62,555 nucleotides of DNA from Actinomycetota bacterium (GTDB lineage: Bacteria; Actinomycetota; Acidimicrobiia; IMCC26256; PALSA-610), in the NCBI GenBank assembly GCA_005772765.1, contig SXIR01000051.1, positions 1-62,555 of the forward strand, in the 5' to 3' direction. Both the position numbers and the translations under genes were made by a program. The notes beneath the pieces were generated by a model, which searched no databases, was not told where the DNA came from, and saw nothing but the letters and a program-made list of their open reading frames with translations. The first letter of the stretch is position 1. The number at the start of each line of letters is the position of its first letter. Positions 26,096 through 36,049 of the stretch are shown here, piece after piece.

Positions 26096-27979
26096 GTGAC
26101 TGCTGTCGGGGACCGCCGATTGCGCAATGCCTGGCAGGGTGCCCTGGCCGGCGGAGGCGACCCCGCGAGTTCCCCGCTCTATGTCTTCGGTCCCTTCTTG
26201 GCGTTGTTAGTGGCCGAGGGCACAACACCAGACAGCTATGGCCCCGCGATCTGGCTCGCGGTCATCACGATCGCCGTCGTCTCGTTGTTGTACCGATTGG
26301 TCATGCGCTGGGTCACCGACGGCAGCGGCGGAACCGGACTCACCGAGGACGAACTTGGTCCATGGGCGGCCAAGGCGAGCGCAGCGATCACCTTCGTCGA
26401 ATACACGCTTACCTTTCTCGTCTCGATCGCCGCGCTCGTCACCTTCATCGCCGACCGTGCGGGGCTCGACGACTCCTGGCTGGGCGTCGACCCCCGAGTC
26501 GTCCTATCGGTGACGACGGCCTTGGCGTGCGGATTTCTCGTCAATCGAGGACCTCGGGTCGTGTCGTTCGTGTTCGGACCCGCGACCGGCGCCGTGCTCG
26601 CACTCCTGTGGATCATGATGATCGCGACGATCGCTCGACGAGGCTTGCACATCGCGCCGTTCACGATCGATGGATTCCGCGGTCAGGCTCTCGCCACAAC
26701 GCTCGGCGGCTTCGTTCGAATTCTCGCAGTCATGACGGGCGTCGAAGTCTTCGCCAATCTCGTTGCGTCGTATGTCGGTCCTCCCGAGCGGCGGAGCAAA
26801 CTCGCCTTCGCCAGCCTCTCGATCATCATGGGCAGCACGGCCCTCACGATGCTGATCGTCGGCCCAGCGGTCGTCGCGTTGACTGATCCGAACGACGCCG
26901 ACGTCTCGGTGTTCACGCAAGCGATGGACGCGTTGCTTCCTGCACCCCTCGCGTACGCGGGCACGGTTGTGAGCGTCCTCGTGCTGCTTTCCGCGGCCGC
27001 GGCCAGTGCGCTCGGTATCCAGAACCTCTTCCTCGGTCTGGCGCTTCGACGCTACGCACCGGCGGTGTTTGCTCGAAGAAACCGGGTCGGGATCGCCGTC
27101 AATCCGGTGCGAGCCGAGGTCGCCGTCGCAATCATCTGTTTCGCCACGATCGGCACCCGGGAATCGACGTACCTGGCGGTATACGCGGCCGGCGTCTTCG
27201 TGCTCTTGTCGATGACCAGTTGGGCGGCCACGCTTCGACTGGTTCGCCGTCGACACACTGGCACCGACGGCTCGATCGGGGCTTTTGCGGCGGTGATCGG
27301 AGCAGCCGTCTTCACCACGACTGCAACGGTTGTCCTCTTCGTCGAGCGGTTCACCAACGGGGTGTGGATCTACTTCGTGCTCGTTCCGATCTTGGCGACC
27401 GCGTTCGGAATCGTGCGTCGACTCCGCGGCGACCCCAGCGCCGCGGGCGAACGCATGGGTCGCCTGACTGCGCGCTGGCACACCGGCCAAACGCCACCGC
27501 TCTCGTTCGAGACTGACCCACCACGAGACAACGCACCGAAAGGTGACGCACGCGCGACGGCACGCGCGGAGCTGCACGCCGTACGGGATCTGCCGGACCG
27601 CGAACATTGGCGGATCAGCGTGCCGCTCGACGGCACCGCGTTCGCTGAACGCGCGCTCAGCCACGCACTCCAGTTCAGCGGCGAACGTCGAGTCGATTTG
27701 CTGCTCGTGCACGTTGCCGATGATGCAACCGAACCGCATGCTCGGGAGTACCTCACGCTCATCGCGGCCGAGGTCGAGCCACTCGTCGGCCCGGTCACCA
27801 TCCATATCGTCAGCGGTGAGGTCGCGCCGACGATCGTCGCGCATGCCGAGGAACACGATGTCACGCTCGTCGTGATGGGCGCACACGGTCACACCGGATG
27901 GCGAGGCGCGATCATCGGCAGCGTCACCCAGGCGGTCATCGCGTCAGGCCGGGTCAACGTCGTCGCCGTGCACACCTGA
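26096..27979 (+). CDS. APC-like permease fused to a C-terminal universal stress protein (USP) domain
   Basis: About 12 TM segments, then a USP fold (ISVPLDGTAFAERAL...LVVMGAHGHTGWRGAIIGSVTQAV). Confidence 0.7.
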   Translation: MTAVGDRRLRNAWQGALAGGGDPASSPLYVFGPFLALLVAEGTTPDSYGPAIWLAVITIAVVSLLYRLVMRWVTDGSGGTGLTEDELGPWAAKASAAITFVEYTLTFLVSIAALVTFIADRAGLDDSWLGVDPRVVLSVTTALACGFLVNRGPRVVSFVFGPATGAVLALLWIMMIATIARRGLHIAPFTIDGFRGQALATTLGGFVRILAVMTGVEVFANLVASYVGPPERRSKLAFASLSIIMGSTALTMLIVGPAVVALTDPNDADVSVFTQAMDALLPAPLAYAGTVVSVLVLLSAAAASALGIQNLFLGLALRRYAPAVFARRNRVGIAVNPVRAEVAVAIICFATIGTRESTYLAVYAAGVFVLLSMTSWAATLRLVRRRHTGTDGSIGAFAAVIGAAVFTTTATVVLFVERFTNGVWIYFVLVPILATAFGIVRRLRGDPSAAGERMGRLTARWHTGQTPPLSFETDPPRDNAPKGDARATARAELHAVRDLPDREHWRISVPLDGTAFAERALSHALQFSGERRVDLLLVHVADDATEPHAREYLTLIAAEVEPLVGPVTIHIVSGEVAPTIVAHAEEHDVTLVVMGAHGHTGWRGAIIGSVTQAVIASGRVNVVAVHT

Positions 27980-28146
27980 CGTCGGCGGGGGCACAGCGAT
28001 CGGCGGGCACGCTCCGACGCGAGCAACCCCGACCTGATCAGTGCAAACACCAACTTGACGGCCTACGTCGCCGAAGCCTGCAGCTGGACGACCTCGTGTA
28101 CGGGGAGCACGCAACCAACCCCGCAGACTGGCGCTCCGTCGTCGTT

Positions 28147-28773
28147 TCAGTCGTGGGTGTATCGCTGCTCGCGGAACGGGTCGCCGTAGTTGTGGTAACC
28201 GTTGCGCTCCCAGAAACCCGGCGCGTCGACGGCGGAGAACTCGATACCGCGGAGCCACTTCGCGCTCTTCCAGAAGTACAGCTTGGGCAACACGAAGCGC
28301 ACAGGCCCGCCGTGCTCAGCTGTGAGCTCGGTCGGCGCGCCACCGGGCTCGGAGTATTCCCACGCCACGAGCACGTCGTCGCCCAGACAGTCAACGAGCG
28401 GCACGTTGGTCGTGTATCCGTATTCGGCGTGTTCGATCACGTGCTGCGCCGCCGGGTCGACACCGACGAGCGCGACGAGGTCGCGGAAGCGCACACCACG
28501 CCAGACCGTGTCGAACTTGCTCCACTTCGTCACGCAGTGGATGTCGGTCGTGATCTCGACGGTCGGCATCGATGTCAACTCGGCGAAATCGATCGTGCGA
28601 GGTTCGGCGACCAACCCGAACAACGTCAGGTTCCAATCGCTCCGCGAGATCGACGGCACATCACCGACGTGCAGGACCGGAAATCGATCGGTGAAGTACT
28701 GGCCGGGCGGGAGGCGGTCTGGCGAGAACCCTCGGCCGATCAGTTCATCTCGATTGCGTTGGAAGAATCCCAT
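28147..28773 (-). CDS. Sulfite-oxidase-like molybdopterin-binding oxidoreductase domain protein
   Basis: LPPGQYFTDRFPVLHVG, DIHCVTKWSKFDTVWRGV, YGYTTNVPL. Confidence 0.75.
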   Translation of the reverse strand: MGFFQRNRDELIGRGFSPDRLPPGQYFTDRFPVLHVGDVPSISRSDWNLTLFGLVAEPRTIDFAELTSMPTVEITTDIHCVTKWSKFDTVWRGVRFRDLVALVGVDPAAQHVIEHAEYGYTTNVPLVDCLGDDVLVAWEYSEPGGAPTELTAEHGGPVRFVLPKLYFWKSAKWLRGIEFSAVDAPGFWERNGYHNYGDPFREQRYTHD

Positions 28774-28827
28774 GATGTCCTTCGTCGGCCGAATCGGTCG
28801 AACGTTACGTCGGCCACGGCAATCGTG

Positions 28828-29286
28828 TCAGTGGGGTGCGTGCGCGTCAGGGCCCGTCGCAAGCTGTCGCACGGCGAGGGGGAGCTCCCCGCGCACGACG
28901 TGTTCGAGCGTCGTGGCTTCGAGGACCGCGCGCAGGCTCGCGCGCACCGCAATCCACACCTCGCCCATCGGAGCGGCCAAGCCTGCGAACTCGAGATCGT
29001 CGGGCCGAACGCCCTTGACGGCAGCGAGCGGTCCCTCGACTGCTCGAATCACATCCGCCAACGTGATGGTGCTGGCCGGTCGGGCCAGCATCGAACCGCC
29101 GTCGCTCCCTCGCTGGGTCCGAACCAGACCAGCGGTGCGGAGTTCGGTGAGGATGTTGTCGAGGAAGTTGCGCGGAATCTGCTGGGCCTCGGCGATACGC
29201 GCGGCTTTGATCATGCGCTCGCCTTCGGCCCCGGCAAGCTCGATCGCGGCCCGCAGGGCGTAGTCGGCCTTGGCCGAGACCCTCAT
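28828..29286 (-). CDS. Rrf2-family transcriptional regulator
   Basis: MRVSAKADYALRAAIELA...IPRNFLDNILTELRTAGLVRTQRGSDGG. ATG at 29284-29286. Confidence 0.85.
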   Translation of the reverse strand: MRVSAKADYALRAAIELAGAEGERMIKAARIAEAQQIPRNFLDNILTELRTAGLVRTQRGSDGGSMLARPASTITLADVIRAVEGPLAAVKGVRPDDLEFAGLAAPMGEVWIAVRASLRAVLEATTLEHVVRGELPLAVRQLATGPDAHAPH

Positions 29287-29689
29287 GCACACTCCAACTT
29301 CGGTCGATGTGACGGATCAGACCATTCGATCACCGATCCGTCACCAGTCTGGCGCATCGGTTGACGGGGGTCGGCTCGAAACGCATATGTACCCTTTGTC
29401 GCCCATCTCCGTCGACATCGAGTCAGCATCGGCACGCGATCTTCGGCCATCCCGAGATCCGCATGGTCGGTCCCGCGCTGGTCCGGACGATTCCGGCCGT
29501 GTGGGTTGGCGCGCACGTCGCGTTGCGAGCCACCGACCATTGGATTCGCCCCGTGCTCGTCGGCGTGCTCGCGATTTCGGCATTGAGCTGCTCGGACCAA
29601 CGAAGAGCAACTTCGACGAGTGCTTGCTCGCGCGCATCGCCGTGATGTTGCTCGCCGACTGCCTGTGCATCCGCACGAACGTTGCGCGA

Positions 29690-30163
29690 CTACCGATCGA
29701 GTTCGTCGACAACGACCGACGACATGACGTCGCCGACCGAAACACCCAGCGCGACGTCCATCCCCTCGGTCACGAACCCGAACAGGTTGTAGCTCTTCGC
29801 GAGCTTGCGCGTGCAGTCGTCGATGCAGATGAAGAACTGACTTCCGTTGGTGTTGGGGCCGGCATTCGCCATGGCAACGGCACCCAGCGTGTACTCCGCG
29901 GTGACGGGCTCGTCGCGAAACTTGTAACCCGGGCCACCCGTTCCGGTGCCTTCAGGGCACCCGCCCTGGATGACGAAGTCGGGCACGACGCGGTGGAACG
30001 TGAGCCCGTTGTAGTAACCCTTGCGGGCCAGCACGACGAAGTTGTTGACCGTCGTCGGGGCGAGCATCGGATCGAGATCCATGACGATCGTGCCGGCATC
30101 CAACGTGATCGTGGTTCGGTAGAGCTTCGACGCGTCGATTTCGAAGTCGGGCTGGGCGGCCAT
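29690..30163 (-). CDS. Cyclophilin-type peptidyl-prolyl cis-trans isomerase
   Basis: FHRVVPDFVIQGGCP, GAVAMANAGPNTNGSQFFI. The start lies 4 nt after the stop of the TPR (ccmI-like) gene. Confidence 0.9.
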   Translation of the reverse strand: MAAQPDFEIDASKLYRTTITLDAGTIVMDLDPMLAPTTVNNFVVLARKGYYNGLTFHRVVPDFVIQGGCPEGTGTGGPGYKFRDEPVTAEYTLGAVAMANAGPNTNGSQFFICIDDCTRKLAKSYNLFGFVTEGMDVALGVSVGDVMSSVVVDELDR

Positions 30164-30167
30164 CGGG

Positions 30168-31079
30168 TCATCCTTCGGTGGTCGTCGGAGCAGCCAGGGC
30201 GCTGCTCGTGGAGGCGGCAACCGTAGTCCGTGCCTCCTCGAGTGCGGCAGCCAGCATTGGCGGCGCTTGGTCACCCGCCAGTTCGACGGCACGCTCCAAA
30301 TACGAAATCGCGCCAGCAGCATCGCCACTCCCCCGCAGCAACGCGATCCCGTAGAACGTGTTCGCGCTCGCATCGTCAGGGTCCAGTTCGACGGCGATCT
30401 GCAGATGCTCCAGCGAGATCTCGACCAACTCCTCGCGACCCTCGCCGTCAGGCGCCTGCTGTGAGAGCTGCCAGGTCGCCCACCCGTAGAAACTCTGGGC
30501 TTCGACGTCGTCCGGCCGCAGCTGCGAAGCAACGGCCAGCGCACGCGTTGCTTCGATGTAGTTGCGTTGCTGGAACCAGAACAGACCGAGATCCATCCGA
30601 GCGTCGAAGTCGTCCGGCGAGGCTTCGACCGCAGCGGCGAGCCGCTCGTACTCGGCATCCAGCTCGCCCGGCGACATCGACGTCGGCGTCGGCGTCGGCG
30701 TCGTACTCGAGTCGCTGGATCGTTCGCCGATGTCCTGGTTTCCCGTGAGCGAATCCCCGGGGTCGCGGGGCGCCGCGAACATCACGACACCGAGCGTCAC
30801 CGTCAGCGCGATAATTCCGATCGCAAGTGCGGTCAACCCCCAACGCGGATCTCGACGTTCGCCGGCCGTTTCCGAAGCGTCGACCGATTCGGCGCGCTCG
30901 TGTCCGGTCAATCGTCTCGTGGCCAGCGCTGCCCGAGCCGTGTAGTCGGCGTGCAACACGGCATAGGTCTCCACGTCGATGCCGTCGTCGTCGCGTTCAC
31001 GGTCGAGGTCGTCGAGCGACCGCAGCAGGAAGTCTCGTTCGGTCTCGAGTCGGCCGCGCTCGTCGTCGGACAATGTCAT
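30168..31079 (-). CDS. TPR-repeat membrane protein, CcmI/CycH-like apocytochrome chaperone candidate
   Basis: One TM segment (LTALAIGIIALTVTLGVVMFA), a Thr/Pro linker, then TPR-like helices. 4-nt overlap with ccmH. Confidence 0.55.
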   Translation of the reverse strand: MTLSDDERGRLETERDFLLRSLDDLDRERDDDGIDVETYAVLHADYTARAALATRRLTGHERAESVDASETAGERRDPRWGLTALAIGIIALTVTLGVVMFAAPRDPGDSLTGNQDIGERSSDSSTTPTPTPTSMSPGELDAEYERLAAAVEASPDDFDARMDLGLFWFQQRNYIEATRALAVASQLRPDDVEAQSFYGWATWQLSQQAPDGEGREELVEISLEHLQIAVELDPDDASANTFYGIALLRGSGDAAGAISYLERAVELAGDQAPPMLAAALEEARTTVAASTSSALAAPTTTEG

Positions 31080-31552
31080 GGTTCACCCCTTCGCGACGCG
31101 CGCATGCGGCCCACGAGTTCTTCGTCGGCGACGGTCGCGGCCAGCCGTGGTGTGGTCGACCACTTCCGCAACGCGAACCAGATCGCTCCTGCGCCGATCA
31201 AGACACCCCCGGCAGGCACCATCCACAAGAGTCGTCCGATCCCGTCGTTCGGAGGAGCGAGTCGCAAGTCCCGCTCGGGATACGTGTCGAGAACTTCGGC
31301 CGTGATCTGTTCGTCGCTGCGCCCGTCGGCCACCCCGCCTTGGATGATCTCGCGAATTCGTCGCGACGTCGACGAGTTGCTGGCCGCAACCGATTCGCCA
31401 GCGCACTCCGGACAGGCGAACGATCGCGCGAGTCGCTGCGCTCGATCGTCATTCGATTCGACGTCACCACCGAAGACCGCGAGACCCAACGCGGCGCACG
31501 CGAGCACCGCGAGCACCACCCACGCCCACGCCCGGGTTCGCGGTGTCATCAC
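31076..31552 (-). CDS. ccmH: Cytochrome c-type biogenesis protein CcmH
   Basis: FACPECAGESVAASNSSTSRRIREII (CxxC) and a C-terminal TM segment. Confidence 0.8.
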   Translation of the reverse strand: MMTPRTRAWAWVVLAVLACAALGLAVFGGDVESNDDRAQRLARSFACPECAGESVAASNSSTSRRIREIIQGGVADGRSDEQITAEVLDTYPERDLRLAPPNDGIGRLLWMVPAGGVLIGAGAIWFALRKWSTTPRLAATVADEELVGRMRASRRGEP

Positions 31553-32097
31553 GACGACACGCCCGCCGCCGCTGCAGCAGCCATCGATTCGAGGAGGACG
31601 AAGGTCGCCGGTCCGAGATGAACGTCACGAACGATGCCGTCCGGACCGACTGCGAACGTCTCCGGTTGCCCGGTCGTTCGAAATCCGACCTTGGCACTCC
31701 CGTCGGGGTCGAGGAGCACCGTCCACGCAACGCCCTCGCGCTCGACGTACTCACGAATGTCGTCGAGCGAGTTCTCGTCGCGCACGATGCCGATCAGACG
31801 AACGTTGGGATCGTCGGCATGGGATTCGTGAAACTCGACCAGCGACGGGTGTTCCTGTCGGCACGGGACACACCAGTCGTTCCAGAAGTTGAGGAGGTAG
31901 GTCGTCCCTTCGAGATCGACATTCGACAACCTGGCCCCACCGCCGTCGAGGACCGGCAGATCGAACGACGGGACCGGCTTGCCGACGAGTTCTCCGGCAC
32001 CCCGATCCGTGCCGATCTGGGAAGCGAGCAAGACGCCGAGAGGAATCACGACGACCAACAACGCAGTGACGATCGTGCGGGTCGACGGCGCTTTCAT
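31549..32097 (-). CDS. ccmG: Thiol:disulfide oxidoreductase CcmG/DsbE (TlpA-like)
   Basis: ATG at 32095-32097 (MKAPSTRTIVTALLVVV), YLLNFWNDWCVPCRQEHP. ATGA overlap with ccmF. Confidence 0.8.
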   Translation of the reverse strand: MKAPSTRTIVTALLVVVIPLGVLLASQIGTDRGAGELVGKPVPSFDLPVLDGGGARLSNVDLEGTTYLLNFWNDWCVPCRQEHPSLVEFHESHADDPNVRLIGIVRDENSLDDIREYVEREGVAWTVLLDPDGSAKVGFRTTGQPETFAVGPDGIVRDVHLGPATFVLLESMAAAAAAGVSS

Positions 32098-34085
32098 ACG
32101 GCCACCTCGGCCGGGACCACGGCCCGGGCGATGTGCGAACGTCGTTGCGGCACGAGACAGACCACCACACCGAACGCCATCAACGCACCCCCGATCCAGA
32201 GCCACAGAATCAACGGGTTGACGCGGACCTCGACACCGATCCGACCATCGTCGTTTTCGGTGTTCGTCAGCGACAGGTACACGTCTTCACGTAACCCCGT
32301 CCGAACCGACGGAGTACCAATCGCACCGCGAGCATTGGGAAATCCACTGATCGCCGGTTCGTACACTCCCAGATCGTCGTCGCCGCGTTCGATCCGCAAT
32401 CGGGCCTTCGTGGTGATCTTCTGATCTGTCTCGGTCGTCTCGGAACCCTCGTAGGTGATCTGGTACGACCGAATCGCCAACGTCTCGCCATCGGCGAGTT
32501 GCGCAGCTCGAATGGTGCTGTAGTGCGCTGAGGCCGCAATCGCGACAGCGACCACCACAACACCGACGTGCACGACCATCCCGCCCCACAGCCGCGGGTT
32601 GCCGTGGACGACGGCGACCGCCGAACGCAGCCGACCGTGGCCCTGGCGCGTTCGGGCCCGAACGGCCACGGCGTAGTTCCGGACGATCCCCGCAACACAA
32701 AACGCGCCCAGCCCGAACGCGAGTACCTGGGCAACGCCCTCGCCTCCGAGCAGCACCACCGACAACATCGTCGCCACCCCGACCGCCGCCGGGCCCAGCA
32801 GCCGATCCCGGAGCATCTCAGCGCTCGTCGCACGCCAGGGCAGCACGGGAGCCACCGACATCAAGAACAACAGCCCGATGCCGATCGGCGTGGTCATGGC
32901 ACGGAAATACGGCTCGCCGACGCTGAGTCGTCGGTCTTGCAGCGCCTCGACCAGCAGCGGGTACACCGTTGCGACGAGAACCACCAACGCGAACCCAGCG
33001 AACAACAAGTTGTTGTAGAGAAACGCAGCCTCTCGCGAGACCGGCGAGTCGATCCGACCCGGAGATCGCAACGCGTCGCCACGCCAACCGATCAGCAGCA
33101 ACGACCCGACCACCACGACGAACAACAACCCCAACAACCACGAGCCGATGTCGGATTCGCTGAACGCATGCACCGACTCGATGACGCCCGATCGGGTCAG
33201 AAACGTTCCGAGAATGGTGAGCGCAAACGTTGCGATCACGAGCGACAGGTTCCAGACCCGCAACATCGCGCGTCGTTCCTGCACGAGCACCGAGTGCATG
33301 AACGCCGTCGCGGTCAGCCACGGCATCAGGCTGGCGTTTTCGACGGGATCCCACGCCCAGTAGCCACCCCAGCCGAGCACTTCATAACTCCACCAGGCAC
33401 CCAACACGATGCCCGCCGTGAGAAACCCCCACGCGATGAGTGTCGAGCGACGAGTATCGCCGAGCCAACCCTCGCCGAACCGGCCGGTCGCGAGCGCTGC
33501 GATCGCGAACGAGAACGGGATCGTGAACCCGACATAGCCGGCGTAGAGCATCGGCGGATGAAACGCCATCAACGGGTGGTTCTGCAGCAGGGCGTTGGGA
33601 CCTTGGCCGTCGGCGACGAGGACCGAAGCGCGGCTGAACGGATCGGCAGGACCGAGCATCAAGGCGAAGAAGAACAAGGCGACCGCGAACTGCACGATCG
33701 TGGCCCACACGACCAACGGATCGCTCGCCCGGTCTCGAAATCGCCGTGCCCCGACCGCCATGAACACAGCGAGCATGAAGCCCCAAAGCAGAATCGACCC
33801 TTCCAATGCGCCCCACAACGCCGTGATCGTGAACAGGCGCGGTGTGGCATCGGCGACGTTCTTCGCGACGTACTCGATCTCGTAGTCACGGACGTTCAAC
33901 GCCCACTGCATGACGGCAACCGAGCCCGCTGCGCCGAGCAGCACGATCCACACACAGGATCGCCCGGATCGAATGAGCCTGGCATCGCCACGGCGCAACC
34001 CGACAAGCGATGCCGCCGCGCCGATCAACGACGCGACCGCGGCCAGCGTGACTGCAAACGTTCCGAGCGCTGCGCGCATCAGCAA
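32094..34085 (-). CDS. ccmF: Heme lyase CcmF
   Basis: 663 aa, polytopic, with the WWD motif WGGYWAWDPVENASLMPWL. Confidence 0.9.
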   Translation of the reverse strand: MLMRAALGTFAVTLAAVASLIGAAASLVGLRRGDARLIRSGRSCVWIVLLGAAGSVAVMQWALNVRDYEIEYVAKNVADATPRLFTITALWGALEGSILLWGFMLAVFMAVGARRFRDRASDPLVVWATIVQFAVALFFFALMLGPADPFSRASVLVADGQGPNALLQNHPLMAFHPPMLYAGYVGFTIPFSFAIAALATGRFGEGWLGDTRRSTLIAWGFLTAGIVLGAWWSYEVLGWGGYWAWDPVENASLMPWLTATAFMHSVLVQERRAMLRVWNLSLVIATFALTILGTFLTRSGVIESVHAFSESDIGSWLLGLLFVVVVGSLLLIGWRGDALRSPGRIDSPVSREAAFLYNNLLFAGFALVVLVATVYPLLVEALQDRRLSVGEPYFRAMTTPIGIGLLFLMSVAPVLPWRATSAEMLRDRLLGPAAVGVATMLSVVLLGGEGVAQVLAFGLGAFCVAGIVRNYAVAVRARTRQGHGRLRSAVAVVHGNPRLWGGMVVHVGVVVVAVAIAASAHYSTIRAAQLADGETLAIRSYQITYEGSETTETDQKITTKARLRIERGDDDLGVYEPAISGFPNARGAIGTPSVRTGLREDVYLSLTNTENDDGRIGVEVRVNPLILWLWIGGALMAFGVVVCLVPQRRSHIARAVVPAEVAV

Positions 34086-34105
34086 TCGATCACGGGTTCG
34101 GGTCG

Positions 34106-34549
34106 CTACTCGGCGACCGGCGCGACCTCGCAGGCGAGTTCGTCCTGCGCGTCTCCGTAGGGATGATCGGCATCGTCGTACTCGCTGCCGTGTTTCACGA
34201 TGAGCTCACGACCGGCGAAGCGCTCGCCTTCCCAGCGCCCGCGCACGATCACCGGAATGCATCCATTCGGGTTCTGTGCGACCATCTCGTGCGGCGTCCC
34301 GTCGAGGTCGACCGCGACGGTTGCCTCGCCGTCGGTCAGATCGAAGGTCGTGAGCGAACCCGCCTGTTCGAGCGTGCCGGGTTTCACGACACCGCCGATA
34401 CGAAACTCCTTCGTTCCTTGGTCGTCGCGGTTCGCGACAGCTTCGCTGACGGGCCGATAGAAGTCGAGGTTCGCGCCCAACTGCGTCAACATGAACACAA
34501 TCGCCCCGACGCACACGACCGCCGCGAGGGCCCACCTCCCGCGCTTCAC
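34106..34549 (-). CDS. ccmE: Heme chaperone CcmE
   Basis: The GTG at 34547-34549 (VKRGRWALAAVV...) overlaps the ccmD stop (GTGA). FRIGGVVKPGT and the heme-binding HxxxY (KHGSEY). Confidence 0.8.
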   Translation of the reverse strand: MKRGRWALAAVVCVGAIVFMLTQLGANLDFYRPVSEAVANRDDQGTKEFRIGGVVKPGTLEQAGSLTTFDLTDGEATVAVDLDGTPHEMVAQNPNGCIPVIVRGRWEGERFAGRELIVKHGSEYDDADHPYGDAQDELACEVAPVAE

Positions 34550-34668
34550 GGTCGCCCGTCCTGCGAAGCGCGCGTCTGCCGGGCACGCAGGACAAGACGC
34601 AGGCAATACCCGCCGAGCACGACGATCGTGCCGCCGTAGCCGAGCGCGACGTAGGCCCAGTCGGTCAT
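34546..34668 (-). CDS. ccmD: Heme exporter subunit CcmD (40 aa)
   Basis: MTDWAYVALGYGGTIVVLGGYCLRLVLRARQ. Start and stop overlap ccmC and ccmE by 4 nt each. Confidence 0.65.
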   Translation of the reverse strand: MTDWAYVALGYGGTIVVLGGYCLRLVLRARQTRASQDGRP

Positions 34669-35378
34669 GCGTTCACCGTCCCGACCCGCTCGCGGATGGC
34701 GGCATCGAGCGCGGTTTCTGCGGCGCTCGATTCGAGTTCGAGCGTGCGCATCCGCAGCAGGCAGCACCAGAGAAACAACAACGTGAAGGCGATCACGCCC
34801 GACCACAGCGCCCACTGCATCGTGGCGTCGTTGATCTCGACCTCGCCACGTTGGTTGAACACGCTCCCCTCCTGGTGGATGCTGCGCCACCAGGTCACCG
34901 AGAAGTGCACAATCGGAACCTGCACGACCGCGAGGAGTGCGGCGATCGCGTTCCGGCGTTCCGCTCCCGGTCCGCCCAGCCGTCGCAAGGCGAGGTAGCC
35001 GAGGTAGACGAAGAACAGCACCGCCGTGGTCGTGAGCCGGGCTTCCCACTGCCACCAGGTCCCCCACGATTCCTTCGCCCACACCGAACCGAGGAACAAG
35101 GTGAGTCCGGTGCTGAGAACGCCGAACTCGGCCGCAGCACCGGCGAGGTGGTCCCAACTCGGTCGACGCGTTCGCGGCCACAACCACATGGCGCTGGCAA
35201 TCGCCGCGACGACGTAGGCGAGGTAGGCCGTCCAGGCCGTTGGAGCGTGCACGTAGAGGAGGCGGACCGCGTCGCCGTGGCGGCTGTCCTTCGGCGAGAT
35301 GAGCAGCGCGAGGACCGCAAACGCACCGAGTGCCAACAACGTCGCCACCCCGAGGGCGCGTTGACGCGCGGGAGTCAT
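34665..35378 (-). CDS. ccmC: Heme exporter/handling protein CcmC
   Basis: ATG at 35376-35378 with GGAGGA upstream. W-rich motif WGTWWQWEARLTT. Confidence 0.85.
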   Translation of the reverse strand: MTPARQRALGVATLLALGAFAVLALLISPKDSRHGDAVRLLYVHAPTAWTAYLAYVVAAIASAMWLWPRTRRPSWDHLAGAAAEFGVLSTGLTLFLGSVWAKESWGTWWQWEARLTTTAVLFFVYLGYLALRRLGGPGAERRNAIAALLAVVQVPIVHFSVTWWRSIHQEGSVFNQRGEVEINDATMQWALWSGVIAFTLLFLWCCLLRMRTLELESSAAETALDAAIRERVGTVNA

Positions 35379-36049
35379 GCTTCCTCCAAGAGACTCTCGA
35401 AACTCAGAACGCCGAGCGTGATGGTCACCGTGGTGATCATCGCGATCAACGAGGTCCATCGCCAAGCCGGGCCAAGATCGTCGGCGAGAGCGAACTCGAA
35501 CGCGCGGGTCGCACCGAGCAACACCGGCATGGTGATCGGCAACACCAAGAGCGGCACCAGCGTCTCACGCACGCGCATTCCGGCGGCGAGCACGCCGTAG
35601 GTGACGCCGAGCGCGGCGATCGCAGTCGTCGCCAACACGCCGGCCACGACCAATACGGCGAGCCCGCGAGGGTCGACGTCGTAGAGAACGAACACACCGA
35701 TCAGGAGCACGACCTCGAGCACCAGCAGTTGCACTGCGATGGCAGCGGCTTTGCCCAAGAAGATGGCCGCGCCGTCGAGCCCGGAGAGACGGAGCCCGTC
35801 CCGAGCACCGTGGTCGGCTTCGATCGCGAAGCTCCGACTCACCGCCAGGAGACTCGACAGCAAGACCGCAACCCAGAACAGACCGGGAGCAACGACCGGC
35901 AGCACGCCTCGGTCCGGATCGAGCGCGAACGCGAACAGCAACAACACGACGACACCGAACGGCAACACCTGTGTCATCACCACGCGGGCGTGCGCTTCGA
36001 TTCGCAGGTCCTTGGCCGCGACCAAGACCGCTTCTTCGACCAGGGTCAT
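35375..36049 (-). CDS. ccmB: Heme exporter permease CcmB
   Basis: ATG at 36047-36049 (MTLVEEAVLVAAKDLRIE), six hydrophobic segments, ATGA overlaps on both sides. Confidence 0.8.
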   Translation of the reverse strand: MTLVEEAVLVAAKDLRIEAHARVVMTQVLPFGVVVLLLFAFALDPDRGVLPVVAPGLFWVAVLLSSLLAVSRSFAIEADHGARDGLRLSGLDGAAIFLGKAAAIAVQLLVLEVVLLIGVFVLYDVDPRGLAVLVVAGVLATTAIAALGVTYGVLAAGMRVRETLVPLLVLPITMPVLLGATRAFEFALADDLGPAWRWTSLIAMITTVTITLGVLSFESLLEEA

